Positions 30,977 to 40,226 of a stretch of DNA of 64,000 bases are shown here, one piece after another (positions within the stretch are counted from its first letter, which is position 1; each line of letters starts with the position of its first letter). The notes beneath the pieces were generated by a model, which worked only from the letters and a program-made list of their open reading frames with translations, was not told where the DNA came from and did no database searches. This DNA is from Bacteroidota bacterium (lineage in GTDB: Bacteria; Bacteroidota; Bacteroidia; NS11-12g; UBA9320), in NCBI GenBank assembly GCA_018700895.1, contig JABIUV010000014.1, positions 49,086 to 113,085 of the forward strand. The letters are read 5' to 3'. The position numbers were made by a program, and so were the translations under genes.

Positions 30977-31330
30977 CTAAGAAGTAATGTCCCAATACTG
31001 ATAGAGCTTGTTGATAAGCCAATCTTCATTATGATCTATTTTTTCGTCAGCACCTTGTAGCTTCAGTGCAAAGTTGATAAGCTCAAGCCTTTCTGTTTCA
31101 TTAGAGTCAGCATAAAAATCTTCGGCACATTGTTGTAACAAGATCGGGTAATCTTCCATTGCTGTTTTGCTCAGGTCTTCCGTAGCATCTTCTAAATTGC
31201 CTCCCAAAGGAAAATGTTGAATAACATACTCTACTATGACTTTGCCTTCTTTTGGGTCAAAATCTCCATCTATCTGTGCAAGTATATTTAGAATCAGATA
31301 GCCTGCTACATCCTTATTCTTTCGTTTCAT
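30977..31330 (-). CDS. TerB-like small protein, paralog 1
   Basis: 117 aa. 'LILNILAQIDGDFDPKEGKVIVEYV' matches the TerB-like 'A..DG..D..E' helix motif. Shares a motif with its neighbour ('L.L.A.IDG.FDP.E..VI.EY'). Confidence 0.4.
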   Translation of the reverse strand: MKRKNKDVAGYLILNILAQIDGDFDPKEGKVIVEYVIQHFPLGGNLEDATEDLSKTAMEDYPILLQQCAEDFYADSNETERLELINFALKLQGADEKIDHNEDWLINKLYQYWDITS

Positions 31331-31332
31331 TA

Positions 31333-31707
31333 CTAATTATTATTTTCGTTATTATCTTCATCCCATAGTTCAAAAATCATCTTGAAGATGCTATGTTCGC
31401 TTGCTTTTACGACATTGTCGGCGTCAATTCGCTTCATCAAAAATAAGTTAAGTTCTAGCCTATCGTTATGACTTGATGAGGATAAAAAATCTCTTGCTTT
31501 AGGCTCTATTTCGGCATCGTATGTAGCGGGATCCAATTTGTTAATATTGACAAGCCAATTATCCTGCTGTTCCTTTGTCACGGGTTTCATTTTGAAATAT
31601 TCCTTGATAACTAGGTTTTCGCGTGGGTCAAAGTAGCCGTCTATTTTTGCCGCAAGGACTAGAAGGTCGTAACTCAGTTGGTACTTATCAAGTTGGTGCG
31701 ATTCCAC
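31333..31707 (-). CDS. TerB-like small protein, paralog 2
   Basis: 124 aa. 'LLVLAAKIDGYFDPRENLVIKEYF'. 2-nt spacer to paralog 1. Acidic Asn-rich C-terminus. Confidence 0.4.
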   Translation of the reverse strand: MESHQLDKYQLSYDLLVLAAKIDGYFDPRENLVIKEYFKMKPVTKEQQDNWLVNINKLDPATYDAEIEPKARDFLSSSSHNDRLELNLFLMKRIDADNVVKASEHSIFKMIFELWDEDNNENNN

Positions 31708-31818
31708 GTTGTAGTTTTTTTATAATAGTTGGTGCAATTCACAAATTTAGTGATTTCTAATATACTTTGGCAGTATATCAGAAATAGCCACAGCTAAGAT
31801 GCATTCTATTCATTATTT

Positions 31819-32436
31819 TTGAGGTTCAGTATGATACGATACATTCTTATTCTAACGATGTTTGTCTGTGGTGGTGTTATTGCCCAAGACTTTGGTGCAC
31901 AGCTGCTTTTGGGGGCTAATTTTAGCCAAGTAGATGGCGACCAATTAGGCGGTTACAATAAACTTGGAGCTAATGTTGGTATCCAGATAAATAAAGAGGT
32001 GAATGACCTCTGGGATGGAGCTTTCGAGATTAGATTTAGTATGAAAGGTGCTAATCGAGTGATAGACCCCAAAGCACCAGAGCCAACACTTAAACTGAGT
32101 TATCACTATGTAGAAGTACCACTCTTGGTAAAATATAAACAATGGGATAAAGTCACGCCGTATGGTGGATTGAGCATAGGTGTAAATGTGTATAATCAGC
32201 GTGATGACAATGGATATGTTACCCAAGAAGAGGCTCTCAAGGGGATGGAAACCGGAATAGTGCTGGGTGGAACATACCATCTTTCAGAAAAGGTAGGGTT
32301 AGATTTGCGTCATTCGTATTCACTCTTAAGCATAAGAGACTATCCGTTCATTGTAAATAGCCCTACAGTCTTTGGGAGAGCGGGATGGTTTAATAGGCTA
32401 TTTACCGCTGGAATTACGGTCCGTTTAGACAAATAA
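31819..32436 (+). CDS. small outer-membrane beta-barrel protein (OmpW/porin-like, PF13568-type)
   Basis: 205 aa. Signal peptide ...VIAQ. Alternating hydrophobic beta-strand pattern with Gly/Tyr/Asn turns. Its stop overlaps the MTase start (TAATG). Confidence 0.55.
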   Translation: MRFSMIRYILILTMFVCGGVIAQDFGAQLLLGANFSQVDGDQLGGYNKLGANVGIQINKEVNDLWDGAFEIRFSMKGANRVIDPKAPEPTLKLSYHYVEVPLLVKYKQWDKVTPYGGLSIGVNVYNQRDDNGYVTQEEALKGMETGIVLGGTYHLSEKVGLDLRHSYSLLSIRDYPFIVNSPTVFGRAGWFNRLFTAGITVRLDK

Positions 32437-33434
32437 TGAACTACATTGGTTCCAAAGTAAGACTGCTTCCTTTTTTGGAGCATAGTATAAAATCCGTATT
32501 AACCGAAAGGTTAGAAGAGCAAGTCTTTTGTGATCTATTTGCCGGTACGGGTGCCGTTGGTAGATATTTTAAGCCCAAGTGTAAAGCTATCATTTCAAAT
32601 GATTTAGAGTATTACAGCTACGTGCTCAATCGCAATTACGTAGGCAATTCTAAGCTTATAAATGTGAGTGATAAGCTAGAAGAACTAGATAAATTAACGG
32701 GGATAGAGGGTTTTGTGTTTCGTAATTATAGCAGAGGAGGACACGGCGATCGAAATTACTTTACAGACCAGAATGCCAAGCGTATAGACGTAATTCGTCA
32801 GCAAATAGAAAGTTGGAAATCAACCCAAGAAATTGATGAGGATATTTATTTTTTTCTACTCGCCTCCCTACTAGAAAGTGCTGATAAGGTGGCCAATACG
32901 GCAAGCGTATATGGTGCGTATCTCAAGCATATTAAAAAGTCAGCACAACAAGATCTAACTCTTAAGCCTGCAACTTTTGATATCGCGAAGAATAATAGTA
33001 AGGTTTATCAGTCGGATGCTAATGAGTTAATAAAGAAAATAAGTGGAGATATTCTCTACTTAGACCCACCGTATAACGCTCGACAGTATGGTAGTAACTA
33101 CCACCTGCTCAACACTATCGCATCGTATCAGTCGTTTGATCCTAAGGGAGTTACGGGATTGCCCGTTTATAACAAATCAGGTTATTGCAGTAAAGCTACG
33201 GTTGTGCAAAGTTTCGAAGACTTGATTGCAAATGCCAAATTTGAGTATGTGTTCCTGAGTTATAATAATGAGGGACTTATGATGCATTCGCAGATTCTGT
33301 CTATTATGGAAAAGTATGGTGAAGTACAATTAAAAACACAGGCTTATCAGCGGTTTAAGGCCGACAAGACTGAGAACAGAAACCACAAGGCTACAGAGAC
33401 TTTGGAGTACCTGTTTTGCCTCCAGAAATCTTAA
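32436..33434 (+). CDS. D12-class (Dam-family) N6-adenine DNA methyltransferase
   Basis: 332 aa. N-terminal 'NYIGSK' (equivalent to Dam 'KWAGGK'). SAM-binding FxGxG 'DLFAGTGAV'. Catalytic 'DPPY' near residue 200. Confidence 0.75.
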   Translation: MNYIGSKVRLLPFLEHSIKSVLTERLEEQVFCDLFAGTGAVGRYFKPKCKAIISNDLEYYSYVLNRNYVGNSKLINVSDKLEELDKLTGIEGFVFRNYSRGGHGDRNYFTDQNAKRIDVIRQQIESWKSTQEIDEDIYFFLLASLLESADKVANTASVYGAYLKHIKKSAQQDLTLKPATFDIAKNNSKVYQSDANELIKKISGDILYLDPPYNARQYGSNYHLLNTIASYQSFDPKGVTGLPVYNKSGYCSKATVVQSFEDLIANAKFEYVFLSYNNEGLMMHSQILSIMEKYGEVQLKTQAYQRFKADKTENRNHKATETLEYLFCLQKS

Positions 33435-34540
33435 TCCCTTACGTTGTTCATCATTCGCCAAATGTCATTTAGATAGTTGACGGGTACGAGAGAGTTATCT
33501 GGGCTGTCACCCATACGTATGATTACAAGGCCATCGCTCGGCGATATGCATACATATTGTCCATTTTTGCCCAAACCGGAGTATATATCGGTTGGTGCAT
33601 TGGGCAACATAGTTCCAGGAAATTTCAGTTGAGACTGTGGTATCATAAATCCTTCTCCTCCGTTGAGCCACCAGAGATAGCCATAGGACTTATTGATGTT
33701 TTGTGAAGGGCGTATTGCAGCATCTACAAAAGATTCATTGATAATACGTGTGTCATCCCATACCCCTCTATTTTGCATCAGCAGCCCAAAACGTGCCATA
33801 GATCGAGCATTACTAAGATAGAGATGCAGATCTCCGCTCCACTGCCAGTAGCCGCTCATGCCTATTTTGTCTTGTAGTACGGAGTTGAAATAGGTTGTGT
33901 AATCTTGTCCAGTAGCGTTGCTGACTACATTCTCCAATAAGGTATATGGAGCGTTATGATATGACCACCTGGTGCCTGCATCTGAAATGTAGGTTAGGTT
34001 TTCAGGTTCTAATCCGTCACCTTTCGTATTGTCCATACCAGTGGTCATGCTGAGTTGGTGCTGTACAGTTATTTTATCTTCTTGTTCTTTGGTGAGACTC
34101 GTCCATCCTTGACCAAGGTAATCAGATGATTTATCGGTGAGGGATAAATGTCCATCCTCTTCAGCCTTACCCACTGCGAATGCAGTCATTGTCTTAGCGG
34201 CAGATGCCCAATACCAATTTTTTCTTGCATCAAAATCGGCATCACGTAATATGGTTTTACCCCAATATTTTTCAAGTACTATTTTACCATCTTTGAGCAC
34301 TATAAATGCTCGCGTACCATTGAGTTCTAAGTTGTCGTAAAGTGCTGCAATACTATCGGTATTCCAGCCTAAACTTTCTGGTGCAGTTGTCTCCCATTCT
34401 CCGGTTTCTGGAGGGAAATAAAGGGCTGTTTCAGGGTTGTTATTCGTTTCCTCTGGAAGTGTTTTGTCCTCATCATCTTTGCAACTAGCTAAGGTGATAA
34501 CCATGAAGAAAAGCGGAAGGTATTTCTTCATTACTTTCAT
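33431..34540 (-). CDS. serine hydrolase, beta-lactamase/PBP-like family lipoprotein
   Basis: Lipoprotein signal 'MVITLASCKDD'. S-x-x-K 'SAAKT' nucleophile motif. Confidence 0.7.
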   Translation of the reverse strand: MKVMKKYLPLFFMVITLASCKDDEDKTLPEETNNNPETALYFPPETGEWETTAPESLGWNTDSIAALYDNLELNGTRAFIVLKDGKIVLEKYWGKTILRDADFDARKNWYWASAAKTMTAFAVGKAEEDGHLSLTDKSSDYLGQGWTSLTKEQEDKITVQHQLSMTTGMDNTKGDGLEPENLTYISDAGTRWSYHNAPYTLLENVVSNATGQDYTTYFNSVLQDKIGMSGYWQWSGDLHLYLSNARSMARFGLLMQNRGVWDDTRIINESFVDAAIRPSQNINKSYGYLWWLNGGEGFMIPQSQLKFPGTMLPNAPTDIYSGLGKNGQYVCISPSDGLVIIRMGDSPDNSLVPVNYLNDIWRMMNNVRD

Positions 34541-34559
34541 ACGTATTCACTCAACTATA

Positions 34560-35402
34560 CTATTCTGCTCTAAAACTTCCGCTCTTCACGTGTAAATCAC
34601 GTTGTGGGAAGGGGATTTCAATACCATTAGCTCTGAAATCTGCATCTATCATATATCGGAGGTCACTCTTTACCTGTTCTATAATAAATAACTGACTGCT
34701 CCAAAAAACCAATTGAAAATCAAGGCTCGATTCACCAAAGTCTGTAAACAAAATGGTAGGAGCGGGATTTGTGATTACTTTAGGATGTTTCCACGCATTT
34801 TCAGACAGTAATTTTTTGACCAACTCCACATCGCTTCCGTAAGCCACGCCTACCGTAATGCTAAATCGTGTCACACTATCACTGTTGCTCCAATTCACTA
34901 ATTTCTCACTTACGAGTTTATGATTGGGTATAATCATGGCAATGCCATCGCGTGTTTCTACTTTAGAAGTGCGGAGTCCTATTTCTGTTACCCGAGCGAC
35001 AATATTGTCCACCTCTACTACATCATTTACCCTAATAGATGGCTCTACTAATAAAATAAATCCCGACACCAGGTCATTAGCAACTTGTTGCAAACCGAGA
35101 CCTACGCCAAGTAGTAGTGGTGCTAAAAACGTGAACGCAGCTTGATTAATTTTGAGCGACACCAGTGATATGAAAACAAATATGACGACCAATAAGTATT
35201 TTATTATACGAGTAATGGCGAATTCCCGACCGGTGTCAAGTCTGCCCGATTTCACAGCCGCGGCTGCTAGTTTTTTTGTCCACCTGTAGGCAAACCAAAC
35301 TACCGCTGCAGATATGGCTATGTAAAGAATGCTATTAACGGTTACGGTACCATTTTCGCCAAGTTTCCATAGTTCTTTGTTGAAAATATCCTGCAATTTC
35401 AT
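34560..35402 (-). CDS. small-conductance mechanosensitive channel (MscS family)
   Basis: 280 aa. Three TM helices followed by the MscS beta-domain 'VGLRTSKVETRDGIAMIIPNHKL'. Confidence 0.8.
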   Translation of the reverse strand: MKLQDIFNKELWKLGENGTVTVNSILYIAISAAVVWFAYRWTKKLAAAAVKSGRLDTGREFAITRIIKYLLVVIFVFISLVSLKINQAAFTFLAPLLLGVGLGLQQVANDLVSGFILLVEPSIRVNDVVEVDNIVARVTEIGLRTSKVETRDGIAMIIPNHKLVSEKLVNWSNSDSVTRFSITVGVAYGSDVELVKKLLSENAWKHPKVITNPAPTILFTDFGESSLDFQLVFWSSQLFIIEQVKSDLRYMIDADFRANGIEIPFPQRDLHVKSGSFRAE

Positions 35403-35767
35403 TCAGCTAAAACCTTGTTGTTATACACGAGTGCAAAGTAATCATTTCCTAAGTCTAGGTAGCCGTATTCATAACAAAAGAAGTATGTTTTATCAGCTTT
35501 TGTAGTATGGGTATTGGTGAAATACTCAAAACTAAAACCCACTTTGGATAGTTCTTGCCGTCTTACTTTGATAGATTTATCCTTAGGACAAAGTTCCTCT
35601 AAGATGTTTCTATTCTTTTTGATTATGCGATTAACCTTACGGATGTAGTTATTCGACTTGCCGTTATGTGTGTTGTTGTAATCGTTACGACATTGGTTGT
35701 CGCAGAATTTCTTATCCGCTCTACCCTGTATGGGTGAGTTACAATGTAGGCAAACCTTGGAATCCAT
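35399..35767 (-). CDS. Cys-rich zinc-ribbon protein, function unknown
   Basis: 122 aa. 'CLHCNSPI...KKFCDNQCRNDYNN' CxxC...CxxxC ribbon. Basic. 4-nt overlap with mscS-like. Confidence 0.4.
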   Translation of the reverse strand: MDSKVCLHCNSPIQGRADKKFCDNQCRNDYNNTHNGKSNNYIRKVNRIIKKNRNILEELCPKDKSIKVRRQELSKVGFSFEYFTNTHTTKADKTYFFCYEYGYLDLGNDYFALVYNNKVLAE

Positions 35768-35787
35768 ACCGCAAAAGTAGGATGATT

Positions 35788-36891
35788 TTAAAATAGTTGT
35801 AATTGGGCAGTGGTGTCTCTCCTTACAAACGGTGTTTTGAGTGGTGTAGGCTTGGCCATTAGGCTAAATTTCTTTTTGGCTAATCTCACCTGTTGATTGA
35901 TAGATTGAGCTAGCACACCTACGCCTTTCATTGGCTCGCCGTAGGTACTGTTGCTCAGTGATCCTCCTTGAGCCTCAGCTATGAGATTCATCACCCGAGT
36001 GGCTTTGAGCGGAAAGTTTTTTTGTATCCAGTCTTCAAACAAAAGTGCAACTGCTCCATTAAGTCGCACCATATTGTGGCCCAAGGTGAGTGCACCTGAT
36101 TTACTTACAGCTTCGCAAATGCTGAATACTTCGTCGCTATTCAAACCAGGGATGATAGGAGCGAGCATAACGTGCGTAGGAATGCCGTGTTCTGTAAGTT
36201 TTTGTATGGTTTTAAGCCTGTTACCTGCTGATGAGGTGCGTGGTTCCATCGCTCGGCGGAGTTCTTCATCTAGCGTGGTGATACTTATGTGCACGTGCAC
36301 CAAGTTTTTAGCAGCAAGCTGTTTTAGGATATCAATGTCGCGGCATACTAATGCGTTTTTGGTGATGATACCTACGGGTTGATTATGGTCAAGGCATATT
36401 TGGAGGAGTTCGCGGGTTATTTCGAATTTTTTCTCAGCAGGTTGATAGCAATCGGTATTACCACTTAGCATTATCATTTCTCCCTGCCAGTTGCGGCTTT
36501 TTACTTTTTTTTTGAGTAAAGTAGGGGCGTTGTGTTTTACAAGGATGTTCTTCTCAAAATCAGTACCCGCACTATAACCCCAGTACTCGTGTGTAATACG
36601 TGCGTAGCAGTATGTGCATCCGTGCTCACAACCTTGGTACGGATTCATACTCCATTGGCCGGGTACATCTGGGCTGTCTACCTTGTTTATGAGAGTCTTG
36701 GGATGAATTTCGGTAAATTGTGTAGCGTTATCGCTGCTAAAAAAATCTCCGTCAAAGTATGACCCATCCCAAAAATCTTCTACCACTGTTTTGTGGTATT
36801 GGTTAGGGGTGTTTATTAACGCTCCTCTACCCTTGGTGTTTTTTGGTATGGTAATATTATTATCCAAATCGTTGACTACATTGTAAACCAA
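35788..36891 (-). CDS. radical SAM protein, PA0069/SplB-like family
   Basis: 367 aa. 'CEHGCTYCYA' is a CxxxCxxC 4Fe-4S cluster motif. Remainder consistent with the spore-photoproduct-lyase-like family. Confidence 0.7.
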   Translation of the reverse strand: MVYNVVNDLDNNITIPKNTKGRGALINTPNQYHKTVVEDFWDGSYFDGDFFSSDNATQFTEIHPKTLINKVDSPDVPGQWSMNPYQGCEHGCTYCYARITHEYWGYSAGTDFEKNILVKHNAPTLLKKKVKSRNWQGEMIMLSGNTDCYQPAEKKFEITRELLQICLDHNQPVGIITKNALVCRDIDILKQLAAKNLVHVHISITTLDEELRRAMEPRTSSAGNRLKTIQKLTEHGIPTHVMLAPIIPGLNSDEVFSICEAVSKSGALTLGHNMVRLNGAVALLFEDWIQKNFPLKATRVMNLIAEAQGGSLSNSTYGEPMKGVGVLAQSINQQVRLAKKKFSLMAKPTPLKTPFVRRDTTAQLQLF

Positions 36892-36933
36892 ATATTTAGA
36901 ATAAACAAGAAATAGAAGTTCGGAGGCCGTGCT

Positions 36934-38181
36934 TTACTCCTGTGAAGGCTTATGCGTGGCGTAATGATTTGCGATTATGGTGGTAGCTACAGCAAGTCCA
37001 TTCTCTTGAATAATAGAGCTCTGCATTTGTTTTGCGTGCTGTGCAAATCTTGGTTCTAGGAGTGTTTTGAGGCCAGACACTAGCTTTTTGGTAGTAAGTT
37101 TGGTAAGAGGCATAGGTTCAATTCCTATTTCATTATGCTCTATGAGTTTGCCCCAAAAATATTGATCGCCAAATGGATGAAGAATGGGTGTAATGAGTTG
37201 TGGAATGCCTGCGGTTAATGCACAAGCGGTAGTTCCCGCACCTCCGTGATGAATAACATAATCTACCCGTGGAAAGAGGGTGCTAAATGGTGCACTTTCT
37301 ATAGTTAGAATGCGATCGTCTTCGTCTATCACCGAGTCTTTCAGTCCCCAACCCTTTACTATGAGTATGTTTAAGCCAAAGTGTTTTAAGATCTCTCGTA
37401 TAAAAATATTGATGTCAGTCTTAGACTTATATGGCATACTACCAAAGGTGAGTAGTAGGGTCTTCTCATTTTTAGCTAAAAATGAAGTGATTTGCTGGTC
37501 TAGTGGCTGAGTAAGAGCGTCGTCAGTCCATAACCCAGTAAAATGCGCATCTTTGGGATAATCAGCGGGTTGAGTCAGGAGTGAGGGGCTTACGGCGTAC
37601 ATAGCTGGTGTGTCCAAAATATTTGCTCGCTGTGGTAAGTCGTGCTTCTTTCGAAAGGCTTTTACAGGCGAGTTAAATGAGTTGAGAGCAAAGCCTACCA
37701 TGGCATAACTTGCCCTGTTTAACCAACGTGGAATAGGTAGAAAACTGAACAAGGGATTAGCAAAAGCACGTGTAGGTGTAAAAATTGGAACGACGTAGGC
37801 CTTGATAAGCTTGTGCTGAAATCCCTGCCCAATGCCGTCTATCATTGTCTTAGGATGATAAATGACCACATCGGCCCATAGTCCCATCTCGTAAAAGGTT
37901 TCTAAGGATTCCCCAATAATTGGGTAGACCTTTTCTCTCAGTGCTTTTCCCACAGTAAAGGGGTTTTTACCTACTGCTTTTTTGAGCGACTCATCATCTA
38001 CCATCGATGCGTAATCACCTTCAAAACCGTGGAAGGTCACATCATAATCACGGGCAAGAGGAGCAAGCATTTTGGCCGAGGCAACTTTTACTTCGTGTCC
38101 TTGGCGTGTTAAGTGCTGCCCCAATATGAGGAAGGGCTGTATATCACCTCGCGATCCTATGCTACAAAGAGCTATTTTCAT
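36934..38181 (-). CDS. GT1-family UDP-glycosyltransferase (MGT/sterol-glucosyltransferase-like)
   Basis: 415 aa. 'IALCSIGSRGDIQPFLILGQHL' N-terminus and C-terminal UDP-sugar motif 'HHGGAGTTACALTAGIPQLITPILHPFGDQ'. Confidence 0.8.
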   Translation of the reverse strand: MKIALCSIGSRGDIQPFLILGQHLTRQGHEVKVASAKMLAPLARDYDVTFHGFEGDYASMVDDESLKKAVGKNPFTVGKALREKVYPIIGESLETFYEMGLWADVVIYHPKTMIDGIGQGFQHKLIKAYVVPIFTPTRAFANPLFSFLPIPRWLNRASYAMVGFALNSFNSPVKAFRKKHDLPQRANILDTPAMYAVSPSLLTQPADYPKDAHFTGLWTDDALTQPLDQQITSFLAKNEKTLLLTFGSMPYKSKTDINIFIREILKHFGLNILIVKGWGLKDSVIDEDDRILTIESAPFSTLFPRVDYVIHHGGAGTTACALTAGIPQLITPILHPFGDQYFWGKLIEHNEIGIEPMPLTKLTTKKLVSGLKTLLEPRFAQHAKQMQSSIIQENGLAVATTIIANHYATHKPSQE

Positions 38182-38726
38182 TTCTCAGATTTATAAAAAT
38201 GTGTAAACCGCAAACTTTGGTTAATATTCATATTTGCAAATGTATAGACGACCCACTCTAATCTTTGCAGGATGAGTAACATAGCTTAACCGCAGCCCTT
38301 AGTAGCCTTTGAGAAGTGCTTATTACTTATGGTCGAACCATGCCACAATGGGCTTATACGAAAACCACAAGGCAAGTCATAAGATCATAAACGAAGGCAA
38401 ATTAATTAGCATTTATAAGTTTGCCACTCCCGGTGATGGCGGTTTTAATATCTGGGTGCCTCGGTAAAGAATATTGATTAGATATACAAGATTAATTACT
38501 GAGGGTTGCACTTGGGTGCTTTTTTTTGTTTTTGTACGAGGTTTTGGAGGAAGGTCTGTGGTTAGAGGCCCAACCTTTATAAAGCAAGTAACTCCAAGCG
38601 AAATGCTCGGAGCTACTTGGACTATTTATCGTTTCATTAGTGCACCATTGCAGGTGATGTATAGTGATAGATATGCAGTGTTATTGCATAGAATAGCAAT
38701 GCGGGAATTAGCTTATGCTATAGATG

Positions 38727-40121
38727 TTACTCCGTACCAAAGTGAATATTATCTATAAGCAGGCGAGATACAGCGAAGTTGTCGTCAGCATCTTTAGGGT
38801 TCCACATTGCAAATGGGATAGTAAGTTGCGAGATATCTAATCCCTCAAAGTCGGTTAAAGGAATACCGTACTCTAAAAATCCTTGCTCCACGGTAGTTGG
38901 CGTATAGTTGATTAGATATACTGCTGCATTGGTACTTGGGCTCTCTAGTTTTATCTCAGCATCTACTATGGGTGTGCTCGGTTTGAGCGAAAAGTATACG
39001 TGGGTGTATACACTGAGATCTTTAGGGGATTCCAATTCGAGGTAGCCACCGCCCCAGTTTCCTCCTGGAAAGTCAAACACCAAGCTCTTGTCTCCGTCTA
39101 TCGCCTCATCTGACTCGGCAATGGTAGGCTCTCCACCTGCACCGTATACGACAACCTTGGCAGGGCCCAGGTCATCAAATCCATTTTGTATTCCATTAGC
39201 TGCTATGCTAGCATCTATGAGTTGCCCTACTGACTCTTCTTCTATATCCAGCGTAGGAGCATCCGGTACCTCAAACCCGTCTTTCGTATACACACGTATA
39301 TAGTCTACGTACATCGTTTGTGGGAATGTAGTGCTCTCATCTGGTGAACCCGGCCAGTCTCCACCTACCGCCACATTGAGCACTAGATAGAAACTTCTCA
39401 AAAATTCTTTCATGTCAGCCTCTATGGTCATCCGCTGAAACTCCTCACCGTCCACACCAAACGCAAGGTACTCTGGTGTCCAGTCTAAGGTGTAAATGTG
39501 GTAACTATCGGCAAAACTGCCACTTGCGAGAGTATGAGATCCTTGTGTTGAGTTACGTTTATTATCTCCGTCGGTATAGTGCAGGGTGCTATACATTTTG
39601 CTAGGTTCTTGGCCTAGTACTTCCACGATGTCTATTTCGCCGCAGCCCGGCCACGCTACTTGGTCACGGTTGTCGCCTAGCATCCATATAGCAGGCCATA
39701 GCCCTTTCCCTTCGGGCATTTTTGCTCTCACCGCCACTTTCCCAAATCGCATACTGAATAACTTATTAGTTGTCAACTTTGCCGAGGTATATACCCTGTC
39801 ACTCGTTTCTGTTGCTCTTATGTATAGAACACCATTGTCTCCTGTGGACTCTATCCCCGAGTTTTCCGATAATAGAGTGTAGTTTTGGAGTTCGTTGTTA
39901 CCCCATCCAGCAGGCAAACCGTAGCTGGTCCCATCTCCTGTTTCGTATACCCAATTGTCTAGATTAATAGGACCCGTATCAAACTCGTCGGCCCAAGTGA
40001 GGGTGAATCCCTCATAGTCACTTACGGGTTTTTCAGGGTGTATTGCCGTGTCGTCATCTTTGCACGATGCCATGAGTAATACTGCGAAAGCTAGGAGGGT
40101 ATACTTGAATAATTTGTACAT
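38727..40121 (-). CDS. glycoside hydrolase family 16 (laminarinase/beta-glucanase-like) lipoprotein with extra C-terminal domain
   Basis: Lipoprotein signal 'LLMASCKDDD'. GH16 catalytic 'GEIDIVEV' (ExDxxE). ~200-aa additional C-terminal beta-rich domain. Confidence 0.8.
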   Translation of the reverse strand: MYKLFKYTLLAFAVLLMASCKDDDTAIHPEKPVSDYEGFTLTWADEFDTGPINLDNWVYETGDGTSYGLPAGWGNNELQNYTLLSENSGIESTGDNGVLYIRATETSDRVYTSAKLTTNKLFSMRFGKVAVRAKMPEGKGLWPAIWMLGDNRDQVAWPGCGEIDIVEVLGQEPSKMYSTLHYTDGDNKRNSTQGSHTLASGSFADSYHIYTLDWTPEYLAFGVDGEEFQRMTIEADMKEFLRSFYLVLNVAVGGDWPGSPDESTTFPQTMYVDYIRVYTKDGFEVPDAPTLDIEEESVGQLIDASIAANGIQNGFDDLGPAKVVVYGAGGEPTIAESDEAIDGDKSLVFDFPGGNWGGGYLELESPKDLSVYTHVYFSLKPSTPIVDAEIKLESPSTNAAVYLINYTPTTVEQGFLEYGIPLTDFEGLDISQLTIPFAMWNPKDADDNFAVSRLLIDNIHFGTE

Positions 40122-40226
40122 ATTGACTTTTTGTGAATGTGAAGTCCAAATTTAAGCTTTTTTGTAACCAAAGATGAACACACAGCTAAATATGAGTGAA
40201 CAGATACATGAGGTATGAGATATATA

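Noticed and set aside
38474-38758. 94-aa + strand ORF upstream of the GH16 stop
   Set aside because: Gly/Arg-rich low-complexity start, and it overlaps the GH16 3' end. Likely spurious.
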